DNA of 64,000 nt from Balanoglossus misakiensis (GCA_040954595.2 CM082592.2:7675677-7739676), one strand, 5' to 3'. Counted from the stretch's first letter, positions 12,156-26,809 are shown. A program made the numbers and translations. The notes: generated by a model from the sequence alone, not told the origin.

Positions 12156-15100
12156 ATGATAGGGAACGTGTACGTACGCCACGGCGCAGCGGCTGAGGAC
12201 AACCGCCCTCGCTCTTCAGGTGTGCGTGCATTTGTGAGAACGATGTCGAACCCGGAGCATAAGCGCCGCCGTCGTCTGCAGTCTTTGGATCTAACGCCCG
12301 ACATGGCTCACGGAAGATACAAGGCAGCGATGTCTGACCGGAGCGTTTCCCTCCCTCTACGGAACCGGCCGTGCGGGAAACCGGACAGAGACTGCCGAGG
12401 ATCGTCGCATAAGAACGACCTCCGCGGCAAGCGCCCGAACGCGTGCGAGACTTCGCGTTTACTTCGCGGGAAGGGCTCTCTGGAAACAAGTTCCGTCTCC
12501 ACCAACTGCAGTAGTGAGAGTTCGGGAAACACCCGTGTCACCGAATCGCTGCTTCCGAGCAGTGGCGATGGCGGCGGCGACCGGAGCATGGTAAGGTACC
12601 AGCGCCAGCGGCTGCGTAGCGAGTGGTCCGACTCTCAGTTCGACCTTCTGAAAGAGGAGGAATCCTGCAAAAAGTGCCCTTCGTGCCAGTGCAGGGCAGA
12701 TGGCCACCGTTTGACGATGACCCGAAGCGGCAGTTTCCTGGACCCGATTGCCGGAGCCCTCCGCCGACGACGCGCATCAAGCGTTGGCATGATCAGCTTT
12801 GCCCCTCCGTCTCTCTTGGAGGAGATAGACGACAACCCAAGTGTTGTAGCGGGCAGCGAAGCCGTCGTTCTGAAGAGACAGATCGGAGTGTTCGACTGTG
12901 TGTCTATCATAGTCGGGGTGATCATAGGCTCGGGTATCTTCGTTGCTCCCAAGGGGATACTGCAGAACACCGGCGGATCTGTCGGGGTCGCCCTGGTTGT
13001 GTGGGTGCTGTGCGGGGTCCTGTCAGCGATCGGAGCTTTGTGCTACGCTGAATTGGGGACGACTATCACCAAGTCGGGAGGGGACTTCGTGTATCTGTTG
13101 GAATCTTTCGGGCCGCTGATAGCCTTCCTCCGCCTGTGGACTTCGCTAATTGCCATTCGACCCGCCGTGGTGGTGGTGATTGCAATAACATTCGCGAAGT
13201 ATGTCACACTGCCGGTCGTGGACTATTGCAGCGTGCCGGAGGTCGTGGTCAGACTGGTGGCTGCTCTCTTGATATGTAAGTTGAACTTTTCAGTCAACGC
13301 TGCATGTCTTGTGTATCGTGCCGCTCATTTTAAATGGAATGTTCTTGTCAAAGAGACACCACTTGAAGTATTTTAGCCACGCGATCGATTCGCTGCCAAC
13401 ATCAACGTTCTCCGTCCGTTGCCATGCCAGCCACTCCCCCGAGCGAGTGCGAGCACGGAAAAATGAAATTGCTGAACAAATGTGCCAGAAACGACCCGGG
13501 CGGTAGCTACAAAACCCCCTTTTCCCGTAGCAATGCTACCGCGCCCGCGAGGTGAACCATTAGCCCCGGTGTCCTGTCATCTTCCGCACAGGTGACATAT
13601 TTGTGTCAATATATTCAATTCCACCGTGATTTGAGTGGAATTATTTGATAAGAGCTTTTCATATACATGTAGTTTAATCTCCTTTTAATGTACTTCATTG
13701 ACGTGGACTTTACCCTACGAGATCTCGCGTGGCTAGGCAGTTTATTTCGGAGGATATTCTCCTGTCACCCAGGACAAACAACATAGCCAATCGTGTTAAA
13801 CAGCACAAATGTCATTTTTAAAACCCTGCGCCTATCCTAGTTTCACACAAAGTTTGACTTACTTGGCTAGCAACCCGTTGCTATGGTAATCAATCACGTC
13901 TCGTATCATCAGTCGCAACGAGCGGCAAATCATCTATTATTGAGCAGACGATTGTCAAAATGGACCAAGCCGAAACACCTGTCATGGCGGCATTTTCAGT
14001 CATTCGAATTCCAAATAATGGCTGCCGCAGACGAACAAAAATCGACGTCTTGATTATTTTCAAGGATGTAGCATCGAAACCGTCTCAGATTTCACAACGA
14101 GCATGTTTTTCTAATCTTTGATCCAAATTAAATGTTCCAGGCTAGTACCGGTCACAAAAAAGTTTAATAACGACTGGGTTGAAAAAGGCAGTTCCCGCAG
14201 CTGTTCATTAGTCAAACACTCGTGCGACTAAAATTTTCTCTCCTGCTGTACAAAAGGATGACATATTTTCAAAACTATTCAGGCGATCTTTCTATTAACT
14301 CCGCAGGGGATAGATAAGACGCTGTAACCAACGAAGAGGAGAGCAACGGCTTTTTCAGCTTGACACTATCAAAGCTCAAGTGATTAAAACTCATGAACTC
14401 AGTTGAATAAGTGAAATAATTTGATATTATTTGAACATCAGGTTTCCATTGGCGGACTCACCAATCGAGAACATCATTTTATTTCGGTCGAGAAAATGTT
14501 TAGAGCCGCCGATTCGGACGTAAATTGAAAATGTGCGCCACGATCGTTGTACAACCACTCACTTGGTAATGGAGAATGTCTCAATATCCGCAGTGACATT
14601 GTTGTTCCAGACGTCTTTGCATCCGCACGGCACGACAGGTTTTAATATAACTCCAATTTAACGAAAATTAATGGCATCTTCTTGTCAAACGTCCTCAGGC
14701 TATCGATCAAGGAGTTGCCGGCGCGAGCTCCGTACCCATGACGATGAATGGGGGCAAGAGATTAATTTTAGTTGAATCGACGGCGTTCGGACGGACTTGC
14801 CGGATGTAGATGTTTTAGACCGATATTTGCCATTTACCGGTTGGTTTGCATCTTTCAAAAGCGGTTGCGTTTTTACAAGATTGTCGACATGGATTCATTG
14901 TTTTTGGAGACATTTTCTGGTGGTGTCTGCTTGTGAATTGAATCGCAAGTACAACAGCTTACTGCACAGAGTCAAGGGGCTGTGATTTTAGCAAAGTATT
15001 ACATTAAAAATATACGGTCACCAGTGACCTCTAATTTACATGTGCCTATATATGGTCAAAAGGCCGTGTCTAAGTGTTCAAATGACCATGATATGGAACC

Positions 15101-18100
15101 AAAACTAAGATACAAGAAGTCACGAAGAAGTGGGTCTGTCAACGCCCACATGGCGTGTATTGCCAAAGAAAGTTCGCCGATAATGGCTTTTGCTTTTAGC
15201 ATCGAGATCACACGGTATTCGTAGTTTCAAACCGCCAATCCTTTATTGACGACAACAAAATGGCCGCCTCGTTAACAAGATGGCCGTCCCGATTAATGCA
15301 TATCTCTTCTACACACGTTTTTTACCACATTGTTTTTTTTTTACCATTTCAGGCAGTGCCATCTTTATCAACTGTTTCAGCGTGCCGTGGACTGCACAGT
15401 TGGTTGACCTGTTGACGATTGGCAAGGTCATGGGACTTTTGGTCATCATCACTACGGGCCTTCTGCTCTTGATTAGCGGTGAGTGACGGGCGAAAGCTAA
15501 GGGAGCTTTCATTTATAACGAGTGTGTGGGCCGGAGAAATCGCGGGGGGGGGGTAAAATTTTACAAAGAAGGACTACAGGGATGGTCACATTCTAGCAAT
15601 ACACCGTAGGGGGTCGCATTTTACAGGACCGACCGACCCAATTTCCCACCACCCCTCTCATAATAAATGAAATCTCCCTAAATGATTCATAGGGAACCAA
15701 ACACGAAACCGTGATTGATACACGGAATAAAATTCCGGAGAAAATGTTCAAAATTTGCAGATAGTGGACCTTTAATGCATCATCTGACAGACTTTACCTC
15801 CAAGAAACCAGAGGACGCAGATCACTTCCGTAGATACCATAATGGCGCGTCGTGCCCATCCACGGTGATGTCGAATGAGATTAGAAACAGCGGCAGAAAA
15901 TGTTACTTATGATCGTAGCGATAGCCTAATATCAATCTTCAAATCTTGGAACTTTCAGCTAGACACGAGACATATGTCAGTGACCATTGTATGTAGGAAG
16001 CCGCTACGAGGATTGCATTTCGGTTGATATGAACTGCGATGTGTACTTACCACGTCCATTATGCAGACAGTTTATTTGATTAAAAGTGCGTTGGGGGAAA
16101 ACGTTGGACCGTTTACTGACTGTCACCCTGAGCTAACATGGAGATAAATGGACTGCAGAAAATACGCAAAGCACATAAATTGGTAATGGCAGGACTATCA
16201 GTTACATATCATGGCAGAACATCGGTAAATGTCGGTCTAATTGCACAAAAGTCCAATGAGTACAACCGGTACTATGACAATTTTATCTGTCCTTTAGAAG
16301 AAAAGAAATCCGAGGCATTTAAATTGGAATACACGTGTTCGAGAATGTGATGCGGCCATTTTCTGCAAATTGCATCCACGTGTCTCATTTGCATAATTGA
16401 AGAATCTCCATGACATCAGTATCATTGATTTTTCCCCAGACACGAGTCGTGGTCTTATTAGCGTAAAAAGGAAAGACTTCAATAACTGCACATCCTTGAT
16501 TAGAGAACTTCGCGTCCGGTTTCCCCTTATCCAATTTAATTTATGTAAGCAGAGAAGAAGACAAATATCTTTTACTAAAAAATCAATCTACAAAATGATT
16601 GGGACGTATCCAGTTACTCAGGATAAATGATTTTTTCCCCCGAGTACCATTACCGACATAATCAAAATTTAATGGGAGGGGATGATTTGAAAGAAATTAT
16701 TGTATAAAGTAGTTTATCTGAGATTGAATGCGCAGTGCATCTTGGGTAATATTTCATGATAGTTCTCTCGGTGATATGGGCTGGTATTGTGCCCAAATAT
16801 AGTCAAATGTGAGCAGCTTTGCCCATACATGTAGCAAAAACCCCGCGAGATGTCGGGCGTGGCACTTTGTATATACAAGGCGAGGCTACTGGGATTTCAA
16901 ACACTTTATCCTCCCGCTGAAACTGACTTGTCTATCGTATCTTCCCGATTCACAGCTTTACCATATCCCTTTACGTTTTTCATTGGAGTGGAAAATCGCG
17001 TTGCATAAAGTCGATTTATACTCAGTCTGATTAAAATCAGATGTAGGGTACGGCGACGTCTTTGACTTACGTCAGTTAAAGACGTCGCCGTATACCCTAC
17101 ATCTGATTTTAATCAGATTGGTTTATTCTGTACTGAGAACGCTAATGCAATAATGTAAATGGAAACGATTTTATCGACGCCTTTTCAGGCTTTCAATCAC
17201 CTTGTTGTCCCGAAGAAGTTCATTCCATTAGATCTCTCTATCTCTCTGTCTGGGTCTCTCAGAGCCCCCTCTCTGTCTATTTCTCTCTCGATAAACATCG
17301 CACTCACATACAGTTAAGTTTTAATATTCTCCAGAACTGTGTGCCTATGGTTTAATTTGAGTTTCTATCGTTTATTGTTAGCACCTAATGATTTCAATCG
17401 TCTTTGCATATTACATCGTATTTTCAATGCACAAGGTCTGTCGTGGTATCATAGGTTTCTGTTGCGCCTCATCTCCGTTGCAAGCTCGAAATAAGCATTA
17501 TTTGATCTTACTGATAAAAAACCCGAGCGAGCAGATGACGTCATATGATATCAATCGAAGTCCAATCCAGGTACCAACTATTACTGCATTGCACGTTAAA
17601 CCCTTAATTGTTTGCGGGGGAGAATTGCCTTTCAAAATCCATTTGCAGCGATATTTGTTTTTCCTCTTTTGAATGTCCTTTGAAATCTAACCATTAATGC
17701 GTGCGTATTAATGATTTCCCACTTGATCTGCCGGAAGTCATTTTGCCACGTGTCCAAACCGGAAATGGATATTCGTAAGCGGATAAAGTTTTCAGTGCTG
17801 TAAATATTAATTCTACTAATGTGAACGTCCTGTGCCCGCTGACCTGCTTGCTGGGTCCGCTTACGAATTTTGTAATTGCTCATCTCTGTATGTCCACCAT
17901 AAATCTCACAGTAACGTCTCCAAGATTAGGACAGGATAACATGTTCCCTTTTTTCTTATCCCTGGGCACGTTTAATTTGGCTCGGGGTGCAATCTGTGGA
18001 AGGGACGTTCTTGAGTGTCGTGTCTCGTGGCAGCTAATTTAATAAATGATGGCCGGATAATGGATGAGTGGAGATTGCTGGAAAGCGGGCAGGCAATCAT

Positions 18101-21100
18101 TTTAATTCCTACTGATGAGATGAAACCCGTCTTCAGATGTTTAGGGATCAGTCGAGGTCACATGATACCGATCACTCTGAACCATTTCTGGTCGTTTGTG
18201 TCTGTGTGTCGCGTTGCGTTCAGAGAACAAAAAACATCAGCCTATCCTTCCCCTCTTTATTCTGTCCAAGATTTGCAAAATGAACGTGAAAATGTATGTT
18301 TACCAGGCGTAATATCGTTGTTAGGCACAGTAATGATACTTAATCTATTACACAGGCTTTCAGTACTAGTTCAAAGACATGTTTTGAACAATTTATCTTG
18401 TTTACTGCGCAAGAGATAAAGAGTACGTGTGTGATAAAAGACTAAATGATACTTATAGAATGAACAACGAATTAGATATTCCCTATTCACTCAAATATGG
18501 CGCCATATTGTCCCGCGTTTCAGCAATTATTATAATGGCATTTTATGGGAATGTTTGGTGGCAGTTTGGTATCTGCGATTTGGAGGAAACAATGGGGGGT
18601 GGGATGACGCCCTTTTTAAAGTACTACATTGCATTTATCTGTTATTTTCCTGATGGAATTGGAACAAGTTCAAGTACTTTGTATGTGGTCCCTTTGAATA
18701 GGGTTGAGACCCGTGCAATTATCGTTTACCACCTTTCTTGTCAAATGTACAGAAAAGAAATTGATTCGTGTAGTCTGTGGGGGCTCTATCAATTTATTTT
18801 TTATTTTTAAAAGATAAAATCATGTGAGATAAACCAAGCAACTAGGGAAAATACTGGATTTTTTGATGACTGTAAAATAATTATATTTGTGTCATCATTT
18901 TGTTTCCCAGGTTACACGGAAAACTTTCACGATGCCTTCTCCGGTACGGAAGAGATATCACTGGCCAAAGTCCCGCTCGGTTTTTATTATGGAATGTTCG
19001 CGTACGCTGGATGGTAAGTGCATGAAAAATGATTTTGCGTTTATTCATCATCTTGACCGGAACTACATTTTTGCTACTGGGCTGTTTGGAGTGGGGACCA
19101 GCGACCGACATAATTTCTCCTTAGCGGCAATACTAGTGTGTAGACACACGACCGATGCCATCACGTGAGATAACTTGAATATCATTATCGCCTCTCTTGA
19201 CAGGTTTTACATCAATTACGTCACTGAAGAGATCAAAGAGCCAGCAAGGTTAGTGCAGGATTCATAATATGCAAATACTGGCACATGGCGCGGAGGAATA
19301 CAAATCGCGCTTCATACCACAGAAACACACTATCCCTGGCATTACGTCGCGATAGAAAATCACATGAGGCTCTCTTATTATCTAAAGACATTACGCGCCA
19401 ATATTACATCCAAAAGTGGATGTAAGATGACTCATACATTCCACATTCTGGTAGATGCTCCTCTGGTAGTTTTAGGCGTCTCTATTCCATCGAGTGTAGA
19501 CAGACATGGTAGGTAGTCCTTCGGCAAACTAAACAATTCTCAGTTTCCCCATCCGAGAAATGACCCGCTGACTCATTCACGTACGACATTTAAAAGTCCC
19601 CAGGATTTAAATATTCTGGTATTTTTATTTGGCGTAGCTGTGCAGCTGGAGACATTCGTGTTTCCATGACCGACGGGTGCATGCGGCGTTAATGTCTGTC
19701 TAATGTTGCGTAAATAACTGAGCATCAGTTTGGGGATCAACAAGTCTAAATATAGTCGATGCTTGGCTGGAGAACACCATTAGCGTAGCACCATTATGAC
19801 CTGGATTCTTGGGAGATTCCCGTAATGGGTGATACGAAAAGACGATTCAACGTCAGGGCATCAAGCAAAGAGAAATTGAGATCAAATTGGATGCTTCAGC
19901 GATGATAGTGCAATTTTCTAGTCCGTCGTGCGTGCACGCATGCATGGCTGGTCCGAACGCACGCCCCGAAGGGAAAAGTGACTGGAAGATGCCGCATGTT
20001 GTCGGTGCGATGGTGTATTTTCGCCGAGCGGAACCTCTGGGCACGCGAGAATGGTATTTGCTACGATCGCCAAGAAGTGCTTCCATCGCGGCTAAATGGG
20101 GGAAGTCGGATCGACTTCGTGCGTTTTGTGTTTGCCCGATATTTGCTGAGGATTACAAATGCGTCAGATCGACAGAGGTCGATTTTGTTCAAGATCACGT
20201 CATTTGAAATATTGATGAACATGCTTCAAAATAAAATATTGAACACCGTCATTTTCTTTTAAGCTTTCAGAAAAAGTCCGCACTGCTAACAATAGAAAGA
20301 TCTCGAGTGCCCCCAGCGGAAAATCTCTGCCCGTGCATTATTTTCGCTTTACGCGTGACGCGTGAGACTGAGTTTGAAATTCAAAATGGCCGCCATCTCT
20401 GTGTGGATGGGTGGGTGGATAAAATGTAAGGTAGTGTGTTTTTATGAAAACAAGATGGTGAACACCGTGTTTGCTTCTTCTTTTTTTTCAAAAAGACTCG
20501 CCACACACCTAAATATTGCAAATAATTGGATGGTTTTGATGACTATATGTTATTTTTTCTGAAAATCTTTCCCTGAGGCGCGCACTACTTTAAGTCCACA
20601 GTCGCCAATCGTTCCGCCCACAGTGGCATCTCTCCGAGAATTACTTTAGCACCTATAAGTATAACGCGATTAAGTGCACACATCAAACCCAAACTGTAAC
20701 GCACACTCGAGGGATAGAAAACCGTGGTTAATTAAATTGTCCGGGAGAGACAATCCTTATGTGAGAGTGGATTCATTGCATCATGCGAGTGTATTAATTG
20801 GACCTATTTCTTGTGGCGCATTTACACAAGCCCCTGGTAATGATGGCTCGGCATACATTCAATCTTACCAACCGACACCCTAAGTTTATTTCCCGTGATG
20901 CCTAGCGCAGCAGTAATTTATCCCTCCGCGGTTCCCGTTCTGTTATCTCTTGTATGATCTGTTAAGATTTTTTACCAATATAAAAATGTTCAGACATATC
21001 TACCATGCAGTTACTGTTGTATAAATTAGTTTACGCCCTTTCAGAAATACGATATTCAGACAGCCGGTTCCTGTCATTGCGTATAATATGGCACTGAGGT

Positions 21101-24100
21101 CGAGGAAACATTTTTCGCTCACTGAAGATATAGATTCCCAAATATGATTTGAGAAACGACCGCCGTGTTTGTTTTGACAGAACATTCATTAGGCCAGGCG
21201 GTTGGTGGCAAGAATGTGTCTGATCGAAAGTGTGCGTATTATTTTTGCATACCGCAAAAAATACACGTATACTAAGAAAGGAATAAATAACTAAGCCGAT
21301 TTTTCGTGAAAGCAGGTCTCATACACATATTTACGCTCCCACAAACAAAGTACTAGAGTAATTATATCAAATTGATCCATTCGCTAAATCAAATGGTACA
21401 AATCATTACTATATTAAAGATAATCCACTGAGTCAAAAGGCAAGTGAAGTGATGATAAAACTGTCCAACATAAATTTGCCATTTATGTCCTTTTTTTACA
21501 ACCTATAAGCTTATAAATATATCTACTTATTACACCATACACGCGACACTCAAGTACATATTTACCTTTACGGGTGGTATTTTTACTGCACAGCAAAAGT
21601 AGTGATGTCAAACGGCATCGGGTCTATACCTGCACGAAATATTTACTTAAACATGTGACAGTTTGCAATCCATAATTTAATTTCATGAGATGTCTGTCTG
21701 TCTGTCTGTCGGTCGGTCGGTCTGTCCGTTGAATGTTTCACCGTTTTATTTCTTATCCCTTTCAGAACTTTACCGAAGTCCATCATCATATCGATGTGCG
21801 TGGTGACAGTGGTGTACATCCTCACCAACGTCTCATATTTCACCGTGTTGGCACCAGCTGAGTTACTGGCATCAGAAGCTGTTGCCGTGGTGAGTACTTG
21901 TATCTATAGCACGGAATAGTCCATACCCAAACTCCCCTCACCCCCCCCCCCGACACAACCCAAGTCAGACCTTTATCTTTTGTAAAGGAGCGAGCACATT
22001 GCGCGCATTATCAGCCGAAAGCAAAAAAAAAAGTATTTAGTGAACCCTGCAGGTGGGCGTGATAAGAAAAAGGAACACGCGTGCATGCTATACCACTATA
22101 TACTGAGTGCGTTCCTCGAGGTTATTTCTTCAAACCACAGTCCCAGCACACACTGTGTTCAAACGAAATCCACTTAGAGCGGCAGTATTTTAACGTTGAA
22201 AAGGAAACGATCCCGTGTCAAGGTCCCCTCCCCCGTTTTCAAATCTGAAAATAAGCCTGAATTGTGCCAAATGAAAAGGAAATGGCTTTCCCATTCACAG
22301 CCAGGCTAATACTTTCGTATCTCTAGGGTAGCAAAGCTGTTTTTACGAAATTGATCTCGTATGGCTGTCTTGTGCTTCGCGGAGAGGCAAGTCAGACGCA
22401 GATTAAAGACGTCTGCTGAAATATTGAAGTTAGCGGCCTTTCAAAAACGATATTCAATTACATACTTTTAGTTTGGCGAATATACATGCATGTTGACAGC
22501 AAGATGCGTTAACCCTGATATGGATATCTTTTCCGAAAATAAACCCCAACGAGGCAAAAAAAATTACAAAATTTAACAGATTTTTCACTTTTCTGAAATT
22601 TTGTCTGTCTGGCTCGTTCGCGCACTAATTTTAATGTCGTTCATCAATGTTATGAACGCAGCCTAAGCGGAAAATATTAATATGGTTCGAAGAAGAATGA
22701 CAGGCTAATTTCAGTCATTCGTTGACTTTTGATTTTTTTTATACCTTTTTTACAGTCATTTGCATATCGCGCGTTTAGTTCAATGGCGTGGACCATACCA
22801 CTGTTCGTGTCCCTGTCGACTGCCGGCACCGTCACGGCAAATTTGCTGACAACGCCAAGGTAAGACAGTGTTTAACTCACTCTGATGTTGTACCTGGAAA
22901 CATTCCGTGATAATTGTGCATAATACATATTACTTCCACAATTAATTTTTGGTATGTACCAAAAATTGTTTTATAGAAGAATTCACACATTATAACCATG
23001 CACAGGGTGAGAGTTGAACTGTAACAACTGGTGATTAAGTATATTTCAGTGAGGAGAACAACATCAATAGCATTTCAAAAGAAAGTAAAATAATGTTAAA
23101 ACTTGACGAATTTGTCCCTTTAATGTATTTTTGTACATTACTCGTATTACTTTGACACCCGCAGGATGTTTTTCGTGGCGTCCAGAGAGGGACACCTTCC
23201 AGACGTTCTGGCGATGATACACATAAGAAGATTTACACCGATACCAGCGGTTCTTGTGATGGTAAGGAGATGTTATTGCTTTTCTCATTCCCTTCGGAAG
23301 GCAGCCGCGCCGCTTGTTCTGATCTCGCGCTGTTGACACCGCCTCGGGCGGAAGCCGCAAAGTGGATGATTTTCCGCTCACTGCGAGATTCTGCAAAATG
23401 CGTACCTGGAGACGTGAAAGTTAAAGCCCTTATAGCTGTCAAGTTTTGAATTGGTTTCATGATTTTACTTTCGAACTTAGAATGTCCCGTATGAGTGAGT
23501 TAACTGATGGGTATACATAAAATCTGCAGAAATTCAAAATGGCGTCATTTGTCGACTAAGGATATTAGGAGAAGATTGGTGTATTTCATAGATTAAAAGA
23601 TGGTAAAAGTGGGAGCTATTGGAGCTTTAACGAAATGTGTTCGTAAGAATAATCTATCACTTGGTGAGCCCGTTTCATATATTGTCCAGGCGCACCGACA
23701 TCATATCGTATTCAACTTGTTTACCTAACACTTCCGAAAGAGCCTCGTGTTCTGTCGAAACTGCTAACAACAAATCAGTGAAAATTAAAGCTCTTTTCTA
23801 GTCACCGTCAAAATGCACAAAGATAAACTCGAACAGACTATACCGCCCGACCTTTATATTCTACACGGGCAGCAGTCACCTTTTCAGTGGGATAATACGA
23901 AAATATCTCAATTAACTCGGGCCTATAGGCTGCTTTTCAAAATGGAAGTTTACGTTGATTAAAACGCCCTTGCGGTCAGGAACCTTTGTGCCGGGAAAGA
24001 AGTTTTAATGTAAATATAACCCGTTCGCGGCGCTCGAAAGAGATAAAAAGCGCTCTTCATTGACTCGAGGAGATATGAAATATTAGTCGGATAAAAAAAT

Positions 24101-26809
24101 GCCTCCTGACGGATTATTTGCCTGTTTTTCCTTTCAGCTGCCAATATGCCTTTTAATGTTAATTAACGACAACGTGTCCAGTTTGATCAACTACCTGAGT
24201 TTTCTCCGCTGGCTGTTCATTGGCCTAGCCATCGCCGCCATCCCTTATCTTCGATGGAAAAGACCGCATCTGCAGAGACCGTTCAAGGTAAGGAAAGATG
24301 CAAATTTGAGATTTCATCTTTTCTCAGACATGCGCAGTGTCGATGTGGAAGCGACGGCAAGAAATGGTGTTTATAGCCCGGTTCTATAGTCACGATACGA
24401 TACGGAGTGCGATTTCTTTGAACCCTTCCTTGAGAAATTTATTTTCGCTACATTATGTCTTCGACTCGCGCCAAGCATTCCCGTTGCGAAACGTGCGCAA
24501 ATGTGATTGCATTCTGACTTTTAGAACCCAGTTTGTTATAACATTCGATGCGATTGCTGTTTTTTGTTTGGACATTTTGGACACGTGATAAAAACATGAG
24601 CCGCTGTTTTGAATTCTCGGACGGTTATCGTAACGATCTGTGAAAATAGCACAGAGTTCGTCGACGTTGGAAGCCGCTCCGCAGACATTGTTGAGATTTT
24701 GAAATTTGCAAAATATGTGTGGTTATACAATGGGATAACCAACTGCTGAGCTTATCAGTGCAGGAGTTTAAAATGCTCGAACATTCTCGGGAAATCTGGC
24801 TTAAGGCTCCGATTCTGGGGCTGCGCTTATCGGATGAATGTACAGATGTATCACCATGGGAACGACAACTCGTGCGCATAATACCGTTCATACCAGCATC
24901 AAGAGTTGATCGTACACAAAAGCACGGCCCTTTTGGTGTCGGCAGTCTCTCGTCAAGATTTCGATGAGCCAGTTGTGTCTTGATTGCTAGGTTTCACTCA
25001 ATATTGGCCATGCCCTGCTGTGTATTAAGTCGCAGGTGGAATTTTAACACAGCTGAGATAATTAATCAGCGGTTTCGACCCGGTTGCTGGCGCCCTCCCC
25101 GTCGTGTCATATCGACAAAGAGTACCAGTGCCATCTCTAACTGAGCACGAAAACAGTCTAGGCAATTAACGGCCAATCAAAATCCGCTCAGTCGATAGTC
25201 AAGGGATGAGGTTGCGTTGCATTCTGGGAAGGGGGACCTAGATGTTGTATTTAATTCATTGCCTAGCTCGTCTTTCTGAAAGTGCGTGGTACTCACCCAG
25301 GAGCTAATAAGATTAATCAAGGATTCGCGCTTGTATATTTCTGGGTTGATGCAATTCTTTGTGTTTCTGATCAAGGATATACGCTCGTCGACGCTTTTGA
25401 CAAATTACAGTTTTATCTCGGAGTGGCTCAGTGACCCATTTCACGTTTCAGATCGATGATTAATCATTTATAACGAAACTCAGCATTTCGATTTTCAATC
25501 GTCAAATATTAATACGCTTTCTGGGTTTTTTGTTGCTTTCACCCGATAATAAGGAAGGAGTACGCGCACTCGAGCAACGACAGACAGGCAGGCATAATGA
25601 CGCAAGACAGGGGACTGTTTAATACGTACTGAAGCACAGACCGGTACAGACAGACAGACACGCAAAGAAAGACAGCCTAGTCTGTAGCTAAACAACAATC
25701 ATTCTAGATCAACACTGAATCAACTTAGGCGCATTGACCGCTTTTCTTGGAAATGAGGGCGAGAAACTGGAGTTAAATATGCTAATGAACCTGAGCAAAA
25801 AATCTTCAACATCTGGTGAAATCAAAGCATAACTAGATATGTTGTGTTACTGTACGACGGCGTTTATTCCTGAGTGAACATGGTTTCTTGTGTTCGCGAA
25901 GTCAATCGATTCCAGCCCTTCAGATAAAAAAGGGCTTTCAGATTTATCCGTTTTCGCTGCTAATAGGATCGGAAATTCAATTTTCTCCACCAGCTTCTAC
26001 ATGCGCCGCTATAAGGGGATAGGCGTTCTCGCTGAATTGACAGGTGGTGGTAAATTGGAAATTGTGTTCTGGTGAATTTGAACATGGAATTTCCATCAAG
26101 GCAATCAACATGTAAATACGTACTTTGCCTGTTTAGTAGGCCCTGCTCTGACTTCGAATTGCCGTTGATTGTGGAATAAATAAATATTCATTCTTCATGT
26201 ATATTCCTTGAGATCGGGCCAGAGTCTAAAAAGAGTTGATTAATTGACGATGTCCAAAAACAAACGTGCTTAGTAGATTTCATTGACCTTTTCTGCATTC
26301 ATGCGCGCGGAATCTATCTCTTTATATATACCCTAATTTTGCCTTCTACTTAATCATGAAAAACGAAACAAAAAGAAACCTATCAACATCAAGGTGTCAA
26401 AGTAGTTGTAAAGTGTTTCAGCGGTTCATAACCCATTTCGTTCATTTTTTCAGGTGCCGATTGTTTTACCGATATTATTCGTGATGTGTGCTTTCTTCAT
26501 GGTCGGCTGCTCGCTGTACTCTGCGCCGTATGACTGTGGCATTGGCCTGGCCATCGCCTTGACCGGCGTCCCGGTCTATTACGTGGGCGTCAAGTGGAAA
26601 ACGAAGCCGATGAGATACAGGCGGGGCATGTGTGAGTATACCATTGCAAAAGTATCGGTAGAGGGCGATGTGCGAGAACTTTAGCGTACAACACAAGCAA
26701 TAAATACAATAAATCAACCCTGTCGATCATTTTCACTTTTTCAGATCATTTTACCGTTTTCTGTCAAAAACTGATGGAAGTCATACGACAAGAAGAGCGA
26801 ACTTTCTGA
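12156..26809 (+). CDS. SLC7A11: Cystine/glutamate antiporter xCT (SLC7A11)-like light chain with long N-terminal extension; start is ATG 12156 or 12243
   Basis: Exons 12156-13275, 15353-15478, 18911-19013, 19204-19248, 21766-21889, 22756-22859, 23165-23261, 24138-24287, 26454-26631 and 26745-26809 splice in frame. Motifs [46 protein letters not shown] (heavy-chain disulfide Cys), [20 protein letters not shown] (human xCT [20 protein letters not shown]), ASREGHLP and [13 protein letters not shown] (x[15 protein letters not shown]). Confidence 0.88.
15501..15678. mobile_element. PIF/Harbinger-like MITE (178 bp) in xCT intron 2
   Basis: Terminal inverted repeats GGGAGCTTTCATTTAT / ATAAATGAAATCTCCC (1 mismatch), flanked on both sides by TAA (3-bp TWA target duplication). 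Confidence 0.72.
17023..17120. mobile_element. 98-bp near-perfect hairpin / miniature inverted-repeat element
   Basis: Arms CAGTCTGATTAAAATCAGATGTAGGGTACGGCGACGTCTTT and AAAGACGTCGCCGTATACCCTACATCTGATTTTAATCAGATTG differ by one mismatch and a 2-nt indel. Flanks atttatact / gtttattct resemble a degraded 9-bp TSD. Confidence 0.75.
20370..20593 (-). repeat. Dispersed repeat (~225 bp), homologous to 35301-35527
   Basis: Its reverse complement aligns by eye with 35301-35527 (cttaaag...ttttcagaaaaa...tgttttcataaaaa..cactac...cacagagat(t)ggcrgccattttgaatttcaaa). One end is TTAAAG. Confidence 0.7.
23425..23626. mobile_element. TTAA-flanked MITE (Kolobok-like termini), 202 bp, in an xCT intron
   Basis: TTAA|AGCCCTTATAGCT ... 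AGCTATTGGAGCT|TTAA: imperfect TIRs starting AG with TTAA on both sides. Contains the aaattcaaaatggcg core shared with the 20370/35301 family. Confidence 0.6.

Noticed and set aside
17388-18810. Several 70-134 aa ORFs in xCT intron 2 as a possible nested gene or retroelement
   Set aside because: No RT, transposase or other motifs; mostly non-ATG starts; composition typical of random intronic ORFs.
24736-25075. Weak inverted similarity between ~24740 and ~25070 suggesting an old MITE
   Set aside because: The arms are too degenerate and no TSD could be defined by eye.
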